Notes: generated from the letters alone by a model not told the origin. A stretch of DNA of 64,000 nt from a virus (IMGVR_UViG_3300046167_000554:32001-96000); one strand, 5' to 3'; counted from the first letter of the stretch, positions 9,820-19,903 are shown. Made by a program: numbers and translations.

Positions 9820-10492
9820 ACAGACCCAAGATAGATTCAGACCTATACTATTACCAGTCTATACAAAAGGAATTTCTAACCCCTCATGAGTGTAACGTCA
9901 TTCGTGAGGAGTTATTCAAACACGAAGAAGAAGTCCTTAGTATACCCCAAGAACCAATACATGACCAAGACTATGAAGGTCTCACACGTCAACATAGAGT
10001 CTTCAACTGGTTAACCAATCCAAGGATATCACGTCTAGGATTACCTAACAAACTATTTCAGATAGAACCCTTCAACACATGGGATTCTGCATACATCCAA
10101 TGTTGGGGGAACATACTACGACAAGGGGAGAAACTACAAGAACATTGTCATAGAGGAGACCACGACAACTGGGTATACTCTCACGACACGAGGGAAATTC
10201 CAACAGAGAACATTCAGATGGGCCGTCAACATCTTCATATCGGGTCATACGGATACAGGTACGACCATAGAGGGAAAGAAACACGAGAATAGTATCGGAG
10301 AAGTCACTGTATTCGGTGAGTGTGTCTTACATGAGGTAAAGACGAACTTCCATCAACAACCAAGGGTCAGTATGGCATTCGACCTATACAACCAAGATTA
10401 CCCCTAGTCATACCAAAGAAGACCAAAAACTCAAGAATCAACCATGGAGATTCATTCATTTCTCCAACCCATTCATCAAACAAACCCCATAG
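9807..10492 (+). CDS. 2OG-Fe(II) oxygenase-like protein, frameshifted near 10215
   Basis: CWGNILRQGE..EHCH; another frame gives VNIFISG...LHEVKTN...RVSMAFD. Confidence 0.65.
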
Positions 10493-10762
10493 AATCAACG
10501 TTTAGAATATAATTCCTCGGAGTCATATCAGAGGATGAATATAATGTGTGTAGTAGTGTGCAGAAGTGTGTAATTATATTCGTATTTGAGATGGATGAGA
10601 GAAAGACGAATAAAACGACTTTAGGTGGTGTTGTTCGGAGACCTAAACACGAGTTTTAGTGAGGAGTCAAGTGGGTCGAGAGGGTCGTCACACGTCTCTG
10701 AGGGTCTTAGAACGTCTGAGAGGGGTCTCTGAGATGCAGTGCCAGTAAGGGTTTCAGAGGTG

Positions 10763-10792
10763 TTGACAGTGTCCCTCACTTTTTGTTATACT
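10763..10792 (+). promoter_or_regulatory. Early promoter cassette
   Basis: TTGACA-18 bp-TATACT; near-identical copy at 23641. Confidence 0.8.
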
Positions 10793-10801
10793 ATGTATAT
10801 A

Positions 10802-10930
10802 ATGAGTAAGACAAGAAAAACCCTAAGAAGACTAGACATTTGGTTCTGTAACAGTTCATTCTGTTGTTTCCTATGTATGTTTGGTATCCCTATGGGTCTT
10901 ATCACTCTAGTAGGAGTATTGACATCATAA
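10802..10930 (+). CDS. Small Cys-rich membrane peptide
   Basis: MSKTRKTLRRLDIWFCNSSFCCFLCMFGIPMGLITLVGVLTS directly after a promoter. Confidence 0.5.
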   Translation: MSKTRKTLRRLDIWFCNSSFCCFLCMFGIPMGLITLVGVLTS

Positions 10931-11111
10931 TGAATTAGTTAACGTAACAGGAAAATCCCCTAATTGCCTGTGACCATGGGGTGGAGAGAGGAGACAAGTG
11001 AGTCGTCTTAGTTATTGTTCTTCCCTTCATAGTAGTAGAGTAAGACTAAGGACACGAGAATCAGAGAATGAAACATAAGAACCCTCTCTGATTTGTTGTA
11101 TCTAGGGCTGC

Positions 11112-11141
11112 TTGACAATGACCCTCATAAAATGGTACACT
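11112..11141 (+). promoter_or_regulatory. Early promoter cassette
   Basis: TTGACAATGACCCTC...TACACT, 18-bp spacer. Confidence 0.7.
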
Positions 11142-11208
11142 AGTGTTATAATGGGGGAATGCATGTGAAAAACCTGTGCGGGAACATTCTTGACGCATAA
11201 GAAAGTAC

Positions 11209-11238
11209 TTGACAGTGACTCGTATTATTTGGTATACT
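11209..11238 (+). promoter_or_regulatory. Early promoter cassette
   Basis: TTGACAGTGAC...TATACT, 18-bp spacer. Confidence 0.75.
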
Positions 11239-11247
11239 ATGTACATA

Positions 11248-11457
11248 ATGGAGAAAGAGATGAACAACGGAATAATAGGTACTCACCTTGCAACCAATCA
11301 ACCCATAGAGATAGAACTGAACGAACAAGAGATGGAGTTAGGTCTATACAAGAGTGTTACTGGTGAAGAGAAGTGGGACACTATGTGTGCATTGGTACTT
11401 GAACGAACAGGTATAGAGATTATCGGACAGATAGAGATAGACTACATGGTAGGTTGA
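11248..11457 (+). CDS. Hypothetical early protein
   Basis: ORF after a promoter; start at 11248 or 11260. Confidence 0.6.
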   Translation: MEKEMNNGIIGTHLATNQPIEIELNEQEMELGLYKSVTGEEKWDTMCALVLERTGIEIIGQIEIDYMVG

Positions 11458-11800
11458 TGGAAATAAACATGTTTTCCACTAGACAGATAGGGAGAGAAGT
11501 GTTATAATAGATGTATTAAAGGGTTTACCACGGAGTTACCTTTATATTATGTGTCCAGTGAAGTCCGTGGGGGTTGTTACCGAAAGCACGTGAGGGAATG
11601 AGAAGTCCCTCTCCTTTAGAGCACGCTCTAGCACGTCTTTGTACGTCTCAGAGGGGTAAGGGTAGGGGTATGTGTCTCAAAACGTCTTAGAACAGTACTG
11701 AGGGACTCCTAGAGAGCTGTGAGAACGACTCAACCCCCCATCCAATTATCTGTGGAGAGACGTATCTATAGGACACTTAATTTTTTTTTGGGGTATTTTT

Positions 11801-12061
11801 ATGAGTAAATTCGAAATAATACAAGGGAGTAAGTCCGAGAAGGATAAAATACTCTTATATAATGGTAGAGCAGTTGCATTTGAAGATGTTGCAAAGATGT
11901 GTATCTTCTTTATGGCCAACGAAGACAATCTTTATCCACCCCCTAGATATAAAGGTGGTCAGATGTTTATAGATTACATGACAGAGGTCTTAGAGACACG
12001 TAAAGTACCCACCGACAGTAAGTATGCAATCAAAAAGAACCACGGAGTAGTGAAAGTATGA
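11801..12061 (+). CDS. Hypothetical protein
   Basis: First ORF of an overlapping gene string. Confidence 0.6.
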   Translation: MSKFEIIQGSKSEKDKILLYNGRAVAFEDVAKMCIFFMANEDNLYPPPRYKGGQMFIDYMTEVLETRKVPTDSKYAIKKNHGVVKV

Positions 12062-12282
12062 GTGTTAAGTCACGTAAGATACATAAAGAGACAGCAACAA
12101 CAGTAGGAACTGGGTTATTAATCAATTACCCATTGAATTTATTCCTGTTGTTTGTCTTTATTGACATATTATCATGGGAGAATACCTTTTACATAGGTAC
12201 TACCATTACTGCATTGATGACAGTCGTTGCATATACGAGAGTTTACACTATAAGGAGATGGTTTAATGACCGAACTGGATAA
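12058..12282 (+). CDS. Small 2-TM membrane protein
   Basis: Two hydrophobic helices; R.Y.IRRWFN end. Confidence 0.65.
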   Translation: MSVKSRKIHKETATTVGTGLLINYPLNLFLLFVFIDILSWENTFYIGTTITALMTVVAYTRVYTIRRWFNDRTG

Positions 12283-12568
12283 AGAAGAACCGATTTACAC
12301 TGAAGATGATAATATTCTTGTCTCTGAGACACCTTTTTATACCTTTGATTGGTATATTAAGTGGATTGCAAGTGTTTTTATTCTTGTGAGTATGTCTATA
12401 CGTGGTGTTGATGGGTTTGCAATGTTAGATTTGACCTTTAGTATCCTTGGTGTTGCACTATGGACTATTGTTGCATTCATTTGGAACGATAGAGCTCTCA
12501 TTGTCGTCAATCTTGTAGGACTCGGATTCCTTCTGAGGTCTTTTATTACGAATATGTGGTTACTCTAA
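12266..12568 (+). CDS. Small 3-TM membrane protein
   Basis: DWYIKW.AS...W.DRALIVVN. Confidence 0.65.
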   Translation: MTELDKEEPIYTEDDNILVSETPFYTFDWYIKWIASVFILVSMSIRGVDGFAMLDLTFSILGVALWTIVAFIWNDRALIVVNLVGLGFLLRSFITNMWLL

Positions 12569-13095
12569 TGATTCATACCCTTAAAGATTTCCTTCCCGAA
12601 GACCTTTCGTGTCGTATAAGGGATATTCTGATGGGTGATTCGTTTCCTTACTTCTATCGTGATGGTGTATCCTATGAGGGTGACAATAATTACTGTTTTG
12701 GTCATACCTTATTTAATGATGATGATGATTATCCCGAGGATTGTATTATTAATCCCGACTATAGTAAATTATTTAATCAGATTGGAATACCCCTCGTGTC
12801 TCGTATCAGTATGAGTAGACTGTTACGTATGAAAATCAACTGTTACCCTCGACAAACAAAAATAATTGCAGACAGGACGTTTGGTGGTATGCACGTGGAC
12901 TTTGCAAACAGACCTCATGTAGTGGGTATATACTCTGTGAATACGAACAATGGGTATACGTTGTTTGAAGATGGGACTGAGTGTCCTAGTATTGCAAACA
13001 CTATGTACATATTTGATGGTCGTATGCAACATTGTTGTGTTCACCAAACAGATGAAAACATACGTGTGAATATTAATATGGATTGGGAAGAATAA
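12568..13095 (+). CDS. 2OG-Fe(II) oxygenase-like protein
   Basis: RMKIN, MHVD, NTNNGYT.F, FDG..QH and RVNIN motifs. Confidence 0.75.
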   Translation: MIHTLKDFLPEDLSCRIRDILMGDSFPYFYRDGVSYEGDNNYCFGHTLFNDDDDYPEDCIINPDYSKLFNQIGIPLVSRISMSRLLRMKINCYPRQTKIIADRTFGGMHVDFANRPHVVGIYSVNTNNGYTLFEDGTECPSIANTMYIFDGRMQHCCVHQTDENIRVNINMDWEE

Positions 13096-13097
13096 TT

Positions 13098-13193
13098 ATG
13101 AAACGTTTATTTAAATGGTTGTTTATTGGTGTTATTATAATGATAATGACGTATTTAACTTTAATCGGATGGCTCATCTCTCATGTGGAGTAG
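13098..13193 (+). CDS. Small membrane peptide
   Basis: MKRLFKWLFIGVIIMIMTYLTLIGWLISHVE. Confidence 0.45.
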   Translation: MKRLFKWLFIGVIIMIMTYLTLIGWLISHVE

Positions 13194-13256
13194 GTATATG
13201 TACAGAAAGTATGGATTTCCCTTGTGTCGTCTCGGTGTGTATGTGGATGTGAGTGT

Positions 13257-13421
13257 ATGAGATTATTAGAATGTAATTATGGTACTGAGGTTCGTATCTT
13301 CAGTGAACGACCTTTTGGTTATAAAAGATATATTGTAGAATGGGAAGACCATACTGAAATATTTAATGGGATGTGGTATTCCCTAGATAAAGTAAAAGAA
13401 ATAGTGGAGAAAAGACTATGA
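13257..13421 (+). CDS. Hypothetical protein
   Basis: MRLLECNYGTEVRIFSERPFGYKRY... Confidence 0.55.
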   Translation: MRLLECNYGTEVRIFSERPFGYKRYIVEWEDHTEIFNGMWYSLDKVKEIVEKRL

Positions 13422-13615
13422 GTGAATTAATATTATTACCATGGGTATTATTTAAATATATATTCTCACTGGGTTTGTGGGGTGTGTTGTTTATGACCCT
13501 TCATTACCAGTGGAAGAAACACGACTGTACTGAGTGGACTGTCAATGCAATCCGTTCACGTAGAAAAAAGAAAGTAATCAAAGATGATATCGATTGGGAA
13601 AATGGTGTACAGTAA
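13418..13615 (+). CDS. Small membrane protein
   Basis: SD GGAG; N-terminal hydrophobic helix. Confidence 0.55.
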   Translation: MSELILLPWVLFKYIFSLGLWGVLFMTLHYQWKKHDCTEWTVNAIRSRRKKKVIKDDIDWENGVQ

Positions 13616-13794
13616 TGAGTAACACATTACTTGCAATTCACATAGTCTTTATTCTCGTGTTGGTATCTTCTTGTTGGTATCAAGGGTTTAAACATGGTAG
13701 AAAAAACATGGTCGAACAAATGATGGATGATGGTTTACTTACACCCAAACAATTAGTGGAATTTTACAAACTAAATAAACAGGTAGAAAAATAA
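13615..13794 (+). CDS. Small membrane protein
   Basis: TM helix followed by G...G; start overlaps the previous stop. Confidence 0.55.
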   Translation: MSNTLLAIHIVFILVLVSSCWYQGFKHGRKNMVEQMMDDGLLTPKQLVEFYKLNKQVEK

Positions 13795-13806
13795 TATAGG
13801 ATAATT

Positions 13807-14991
13807 ATGAAAATATATGGAGTTAATACATCTCATGACACTGCACTTTGTGTGAATGATGATGGTGTTATAAAAGATGTCTTTGAAGAAGAACGTAGTC
13901 GTAGACAAAAATACTTTACGATAGGTGAAAAGGAATGGGATACAGGTCTTGTTCTTGTTGAACATAAACAATTGGAGACGCCTGATGAGATTGTCTTTGC
14001 ATCTTTTGATAGACGACAACTCTCAATAGAGTTTAACGAAGACTTAATGAGGTTTAAACGTAAGAATCAAGACGAACTCTTGGAAGCCTTTACAGAATCC
14101 CAACTTACCTCAGATAGAATCGAAGAGATAAAACAAGAACACCCACAATGGTTTAATGTCTCAGACAATGTTTGTGAAGACAGTGACCATGGTATGTCGG
14201 AACCCGACTTTGCTATTTGTGAATCGGTTGCAGAACAACTGGGTATTGAAGAATATTTCTTTGAACACGAACATCACCTGTATCATGCAGAGTGTGGTTA
14301 TATTTTAAGTCCTTGGAAAGATACCGAAGATGCAATTGCAATTACCTTTGATGGTGGTGGAGCTCAGAAACATTATGATGCATATCCTAATTATCAAGAG
14401 ATAGAAGGTATATGGAAGTGTAGTCCGAACACTACACCCGTTCCTCAATTTCAGAAATTCTCTAACCATAGATTTTGTGGTGAGTTACACAATCAGTCTT
14501 TCAGTAATTACATGGAAGATTGTTTCACATGTCTTACTGATTTAACAGAAACCATTGATGGTGTTGAATGTGTCTTTACTAGTTTACCTAGTATGGGTAT
14601 GAACTTCTCTAACATGTCCTATGCACTTGGTTGTGACGACCATGGTCGTGCCGCAGGTAAGGTTATGGGAATGGCTTCCTATGGGTCACAAGGTCTCTCG
14701 ACCAATGTTTTTAATAAGTTTACAGTAGCACAAGAACTTGAGTTACAATCCTTTGGTCATACATGTGATTTAATACAGAAAGCAATCGATTTAAATCCCG
14801 AAATAAATAATATTGTATTGAGTGGTGGATTTGCATTAAATTGTACTAACAATTATAAGTACCTTCTTGCATTCCCCGACAAACAATTCTTTGTCGACCC
14901 CATTCCACATGATGGTGGGACAAGTGTTGGTGCATCATCTATATTATACAGAAATATCAAAGAGGGAGAAACAGAAAATGTTATTGACTAA
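13807..14991 (+). CDS. Carbamoyltransferase N-terminal (Kae1-like) domain, NodU/CmcH family
   Basis: SHDTA, EEERSRRQK, EHHLYHA, DGGG, AGKVMGMASYG, LSGGFALNC and PIPHDGGTSVG motifs. Confidence 0.9.
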   Translation: MKIYGVNTSHDTALCVNDDGVIKDVFEEERSRRQKYFTIGEKEWDTGLVLVEHKQLETPDEIVFASFDRRQLSIEFNEDLMRFKRKNQDELLEAFTESQLTSDRIEEIKQEHPQWFNVSDNVCEDSDHGMSEPDFAICESVAEQLGIEEYFFEHEHHLYHAECGYILSPWKDTEDAIAITFDGGGAQKHYDAYPNYQEIEGIWKCSPNTTPVPQFQKFSNHRFCGELHNQSFSNYMEDCFTCLTDLTETIDGVECVFTSLPSMGMNFSNMSYALGCDDHGRAAGKVMGMASYGSQGLSTNVFNKFTVAQELELQSFGHTCDLIQKAIDLNPEINNIVLSGGFALNCTNNYKYLLAFPDKQFFVDPIPHDGGTSVGASSILYRNIKEGETENVID

Positions 14992-15589
14992 TATATTAAG
15001 AGACCAAGAAGACGTGGTCAGAAGTTTAATTGACGACAAACAAATTATTGGTATGTTTCAGAATGCCTCTGAGTGGGGCCCTCGTGCATTAGGTAATCGT
15101 TCTATTATATTTGACCCTAGACATGAAGAAGCAAAACAAATCGTCAACGAGGTCAAACAGAGAGAAGCATACAGACCTTTTGCATGTACTGTATTAAAAG
15201 AAAATGCATCTGAATATTTTGAGATGTTACAATTAGAAGAATCCCCATGGATGTCATTTGCTATTCAAGCAAAAGAAAAAGCATATGATGAGATTCCTTC
15301 ATTGGTTCATGCAGACGGAACATGTAGAATCCAAACAGTGACCCAAGAACAGAACCCTAATTATTATAATCTAATAAAAGCATTTGGTGACGAGACTGGA
15401 ACTCCTATCTTGTTTAACACTTCATTTAACTTAGGTGGTGAATCATTAGTAGAAACAATCTATGATGCAATCGACACTTGTAATCGTTCAATGATTAATC
15501 AACTCTATGTTCCAATAGACCAAGAGATTGAAATACCTTATGCAATGATTAGACCCAAGAACACAAAAGAAATACAAAAAAGTGATTGA
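14978..15589 (+). CDS. Carbamoyltransferase C-terminal (YrdC-like) domain
   Basis: EWGPRALGNRSI, KQREAYRPFA, HADGTCRIQTV and NTSFNLGGE motifs; own SD. Confidence 0.9.
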   Translation: MLLTNILRDQEDVVRSLIDDKQIIGMFQNASEWGPRALGNRSIIFDPRHEEAKQIVNEVKQREAYRPFACTVLKENASEYFEMLQLEESPWMSFAIQAKEKAYDEIPSLVHADGTCRIQTVTQEQNPNYYNLIKAFGDETGTPILFNTSFNLGGESLVETIYDAIDTCNRSMINQLYVPIDQEIEIPYAMIRPKNTKEIQKSD

Positions 15590-15915
15590 AGTAACGGACT
15601 CAGCAATACAACAACTCCTTAAAAAGGATGTCAAGTTTATTAGACTTGGTGTTAAAGGTGGTGGTTGTGCTGGGTACGAATATTTTATAGAAGACACTAC
15701 ATCTTTTATTAAGATATCAGATAAGATTGTAAATTACGGAAAGGATTAATGTAGTGTTAGATGAATTGTCCGTACCCTATTTGAGTGGTTCAACATTAGA
15801 TTGGGTGCAAGAGGGACTTAATGAATTTTTTAAAATAATAAATCCAAAGGAAGAATCTTCTTGTGGATGTGGAGTGAGTATACAATTTAATGAAGACCTC
15901 GTCAGCAAAAGCTAA
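15582..15915 (+). CDS. iscA: A-type Fe-S carrier (IscA/HesB/ErpA family), frameshifted near 15745; missed by the ORF track
   Basis: IEVTDSA...IRLGVKGGGCAGYEY in one frame; L.GSTLDW..EGLNE.F...NP....CGCG.S in another. Confidence 0.85.
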
Positions 15916-16252
15916 AGGTAGAAAACTTCAACAGTGGTTTACCAAAGTCCTTATCGAAGGACTCAATCTAAACGAAGAAGACTTAGAGTCAAGACCAATG
16001 GGTTCTCAAGGTGAGGATATCATTATGGGTCGTGAGTCTCGTGAACAATTCCCCTACTCTATCGAATGTAAAAATCAAGAAGCAGTCAACGTGTGGAAAG
16101 CATACGAACAAGCAGAATCTAATTGCAAAGGTTACGAACCTCTCGTAGTCATAAAACGTAACAGAAGTAAACCTCTCGTCCTAGTGGATGCAGAACATTT
16201 TGTAACACTTCATAATAAGTCACTTGACAGTGACCCTCAAAAAGATATATAA
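15890..16252 (+). CDS. PD-(D/E)XK nuclease, Holliday-junction-resolvase-like
   Basis: SAKAKGRKLQ, GEDI, SIECKNQE and PLVVIKRN motifs. Confidence 0.7.
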   Translation: MKTSSAKAKGRKLQQWFTKVLIEGLNLNEEDLESRPMGSQGEDIIMGRESREQFPYSIECKNQEAVNVWKAYEQAESNCKGYEPLVVIKRNRSKPLVLVDAEHFVTLHNKSLDSDPQKDI

Positions 16253-16253
16253 T
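16224..16253 (+). promoter_or_regulatory. Early promoter cassette
   Basis: TTGACAGTGACCCTC...TATAAT, 18-bp spacer. Confidence 0.75.
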
Positions 16254-16260
16254 ACTTGTT

Positions 16261-16959
16261 ATGAATATGATACAAGAAAGAATGAAGAACAAAGCACTCG
16301 ATGCTTTTACGGAAGTAGAAGTACAGATTGATATGTTCTGTGACAAAGGTAAGTCTGATTTCTCAATGTACAAGTATCTTCGTCAATTAGATTACAGTGG
16401 TAAGGTCATTGGATATCTAAGAGGTGAACTTGCACAACAGATATTAGAAGTAAAGAACGAAGAAGGTTGTGAACAATTAGAAGAAGCTTATTCTTTTATG
16501 AACAAGACAACTAAGAAACGTTTTGTCAAATGGTTAGAAAGTATTGAGAAAGACATAGACAAGTATGTTGATGAATACAAACCAGTTCGTAAACCACCCA
16601 AACCTAAAACCCCAAAACAATTGGTGAGTAAATTACCTTACCTAAAACAATGGGGAAAATATAAATCAATCGACCCCGAAGCAATCATTCGTGCAAAGTT
16701 GTTATACACCTATAACACTTCAACACAAAAACTTACTAAGTTTGAATCCTATGGTGGACTCAAAGTTAGAGGAAGTAATATCATTGACTTTGACAACTGT
16801 ACAGAAAAGACCTTGACAGATGAGAAGTTACTTGATAGAATATATAAAGGTGGTAATATTATTGCAAGAGGTTTTATGGACGAGATACCTCGTTCCAAAG
16901 AGAAAGACGGAAACCCTAGGATTACCAAAAACATATTATTAATAAAAGTGATTACATGA
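16261..16959 (+). CDS. Conserved T4-like hypothetical protein
   Basis: QL.EAYS, SIDP..II.A..L..YNT, GL.V.G..I..FD; lies directly upstream of rnh. Confidence 0.7.
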   Translation: MNMIQERMKNKALDAFTEVEVQIDMFCDKGKSDFSMYKYLRQLDYSGKVIGYLRGELAQQILEVKNEEGCEQLEEAYSFMNKTTKKRFVKWLESIEKDIDKYVDEYKPVRKPPKPKTPKQLVSKLPYLKQWGKYKSIDPEAIIRAKLLYTYNTSTQKLTKFESYGGLKVRGSNIIDFDNCTEKTLTDEKLLDRIYKGGNIIARGFMDEIPRSKEKDGNPRITKNILLIKVIT

Positions 16960-17798
16960 TACTAATAGATTTTACACAAACAATCATCGCAGGGATGATG
17001 GCACAATTAAAGATGAATGGTGGAGAAGTTAATGAGGACATGTTAAGACACATGATTCTAAACTCTGTCAGAAACTATCAAAAGAAATATGCACCCGAGT
17101 ATGGAGAGATAACACTCTGTACTGATGCAGCTCATCCTTGGAGACGTGATTACTATCCACTGTACAAAGCAAACAGAAAGAAGACTAGAGAAGCATCCGA
17201 CATGGATTGGAAACTAATCTTTGATACACTACAAACAGTTAAGGATGAGATACGTGATAACTTCCCGTACAGATATATGTACGTAGAGAATTGTGAAGCA
17301 GATGATATCATTGCAATCCTAGTTAAGAAGTATGCACCTCATGAGAAAGTTTTAATTGTCAGTGGTGATAAAGACTTTCAACAACTACATAAATACCCTA
17401 ACGTGAAACAGTGGTCTCCTAATCTAAACAAAATGATTAAGTGTGAAGACCCCGACTTATTCCTAAGAGAACATATTCTTACAGGTGATAAGTCAGATGG
17501 TGTTCCAAACATTCTATCTAGTGATGATTGTTTTGATTTAGGGATAAGACAAACACCTCTGAGAAAACCTGTAAAGGATAAGTATCTCAGAATCACCATT
17601 GAAAAGGACGATAAATACTATCGTAACTATTTAAGAAATCAAACTCTAATCGACCTTGAGTTTATTCCACCTCACGTAGTGGAGAATATTATTTCTGAGT
17701 ATGACAATACTGCACCAGTAAAAGGTAAAGTGTTTGACTACTTAAGAACCCATAGGTTGAATGAGTTATTAAATCATGTAGAGGATTTTACACTATGA
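16956..17798 (+). CDS. rnh: T4-like RNase H (5'-3' exonuclease)
   Basis: MILIDF, WRR..YP.YKANRK, EADDIIA, SGDKDF.QL, GDKSDGVPN and RNQ.LIDL motifs. Confidence 0.95.
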   Translation: MILIDFTQTIIAGMMAQLKMNGGEVNEDMLRHMILNSVRNYQKKYAPEYGEITLCTDAAHPWRRDYYPLYKANRKKTREASDMDWKLIFDTLQTVKDEIRDNFPYRYMYVENCEADDIIAILVKKYAPHEKVLIVSGDKDFQQLHKYPNVKQWSPNLNKMIKCEDPDLFLREHILTGDKSDGVPNILSSDDCFDLGIRQTPLRKPVKDKYLRITIEKDDKYYRNYLRNQTLIDLEFIPPHVVENIISEYDNTAPVKGKVFDYLRTHRLNELLNHVEDFTL

Positions 17799-18313
17799 CA
17801 ACAGAAAAGAAAAAAGGAAGGGGTAGACCAAAAGGAGCTCCTAATAAACCAAAGTTAGAACTAATCACTGAAAGACAAACACTAACCAAAGATGCAGACA
17901 CATATGAAATACTATGTCAAGCAGATATCGTTGGTGCAGACAGTGTTGACCTTGCAGCTCAAGGACTAAAAGTTTACAACGATAGGAATGGTGCAATCAA
18001 ACCAATCCTACAGTGGGTGTTTGATGATAACATCACATCTAAGTTACCCGAAGGAACAACTCCTTATGGTGACAATGATGCACCAGCATCAGACCTTGCA
18101 CAAACAAGTTTAAGATTTGAACACAAGTTGTTTAAGTATTATGTAACAGAACAAATTCCACCCTCTAAAAGAGAGACTATGTGGATTGGTATGTTAGAAG
18201 GTATTCCAGTAATGGAAGCAAAATTAATAGATTTAGTTAAAGACGGAGTATGGCCATTCAAGAACATCACTAAGGATGTTGCAACAAAAGCCTTCCCCGA
18301 AGTAATCAAATAA
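17795..18313 (+). CDS. Conserved T4-like hypothetical protein
   Basis: LPEG..PY, RE..(W)I..LEG...EA.L...KD; N-terminal GRGRPKG AT-hook-like segment. Confidence 0.7.
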   Translation: MTTEKKKGRGRPKGAPNKPKLELITERQTLTKDADTYEILCQADIVGADSVDLAAQGLKVYNDRNGAIKPILQWVFDDNITSKLPEGTTPYGDNDAPASDLAQTSLRFEHKLFKYYVTEQIPPSKRETMWIGMLEGIPVMEAKLIDLVKDGVWPFKNITKDVATKAFPEVIK

Positions 18314-18417
18314 ATAAATATAAACAGTAGACAGAGACTATACATATTATAAAGGGAACTTAGTAATTAGTTCTAACAAGTTTTTAAATAGTTGAGTTCT
18401 ACTCCATGGAGTTTAAA

Positions 18418-19903
18418 ATGGCAGAAGAAGTGAAAAGTAATTTTTCAAGTGAACAAGCACCCCCAGTAAAATCAGAACTGGAACTAGTACAAGAACGTAT
18501 AGCAAATTATACAGTACCACTCAAACCTAATACAGCAAACGTAGTTAATGCTATGTTGGTAATGCAATTAGAAAAAGGTATGGTGAAAGCATCAGACCTA
18601 GAAGCATTCATTACTGTAAGGGATGATATCACCACGGGTCTTGCAGATTACCAACAACAAGTCACTAATGCAAATTCAAGAATGCAACAGTTGTTAGAAC
18701 AAGACCAACAAGTCAAGATGCAACAACTTGCTGAACAAGAACAACAAAGCACGTCAACAGAAAGAAGCAGAAGAACGTCAAAGACGTAAGAAAAGCAGAA
18801 GGTCGAGTTGCACAAATGGAAAGCAGTTCTTTTGTCTCACGGAATCTCTATGGACTTGAATGGTGACGGAGTCATTGGTGTTAAACAAGGAACACTTGGT
18901 CAAGATGGTTTTGTACAACTCACTGCACAAGAACAACAACAAGTCGATTCTATTGTAAGAGAACAAACACCTCTTGCAACACCTCAACAGAAACAACAAC
19001 GTAAAGGTAACATGGGTCTTGCACGTGCAATGAATCCAGTAGAAGTAGATGCCCCTGCTATTGTAGAACCTACTATTCCTTTAGATACACCTCAATCACA
19101 TACAGTGGTTCCATCCCCAGTTGCAACACAATCTCTCAAAGAGAAAGTATTACAAGGGGCCTGAAGATGTTGCATTAACACATGAACCTAGTGTTGCAGA
19201 TTTAGAAACTGCACCTACAGTTGTTACTGAAGACATTACAGACATAGATGAGGATTCATGGGATGAACCAATCATCTCACAAGGTGAAGACTTAGAATCA
19301 TTCTTTGATGAAGTAGATAGAGTAGAGGAAGAGTTAGAAGGAACTTACACTGAACCCACACCTCTATTCAATGTTGCAGAAGAAGATACTGAAACAAAAC
19401 CAATTGCAACCAGTGGTAATATCAAAGCAGTAGTTAGTGAACCCGAGAATATCGAAGCACCAATCTCAACAGATGAAGACTTTGTTGCAAAGGTAGAAGA
19501 AACCAAACAGGCATTTGCAGAAGAAGAACCTACCAAAGTCATACCAACGTATGATAGTGAAGAGGAATTACTTGCAGCAGCTGCACAAGCAAAGATTGAC
19601 CAACAGGTTCAAGATGATATCGATGAAGAACAATTCAACGATTCATTCGAAGACGAAACTGAAGAGGTAACTATTCCCGATAGAACAGATTTAGAATCAA
19701 TGTCTAGAGAAGCAATCTTAGAACAAGCATCAATGTTTGAATTTAATATTCCAGCATCCGTAAGTAAAGGTCAGATGATTGATATGTTTGAAAGTGAAAC
19801 AGAAGCATTTATTAAAAGACTACAGGACAGTGGTGAGTTTGTAAGTTCAGAGGAAAGTGAAGATGTCAAAGATGATGTACGGGATGGTGGATACTTCGGG
19901 TAA
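18418..19903 (+). CDS. Large acidic, low-complexity protein split by apparent frameshifts (about 18760 and 19140)
   Basis: Three overlapping ORFs with continuous composition; DLNGDG motif; acidic C-terminus. Confidence 0.55.

Larger units (their letters stand above)
10500..11800. other. Low-coding-density region; candidate replication origin and early promoter cluster
   Basis: Few short ORFs, four promoters, repeated motifs and a strand-composition switch. Confidence 0.5.
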
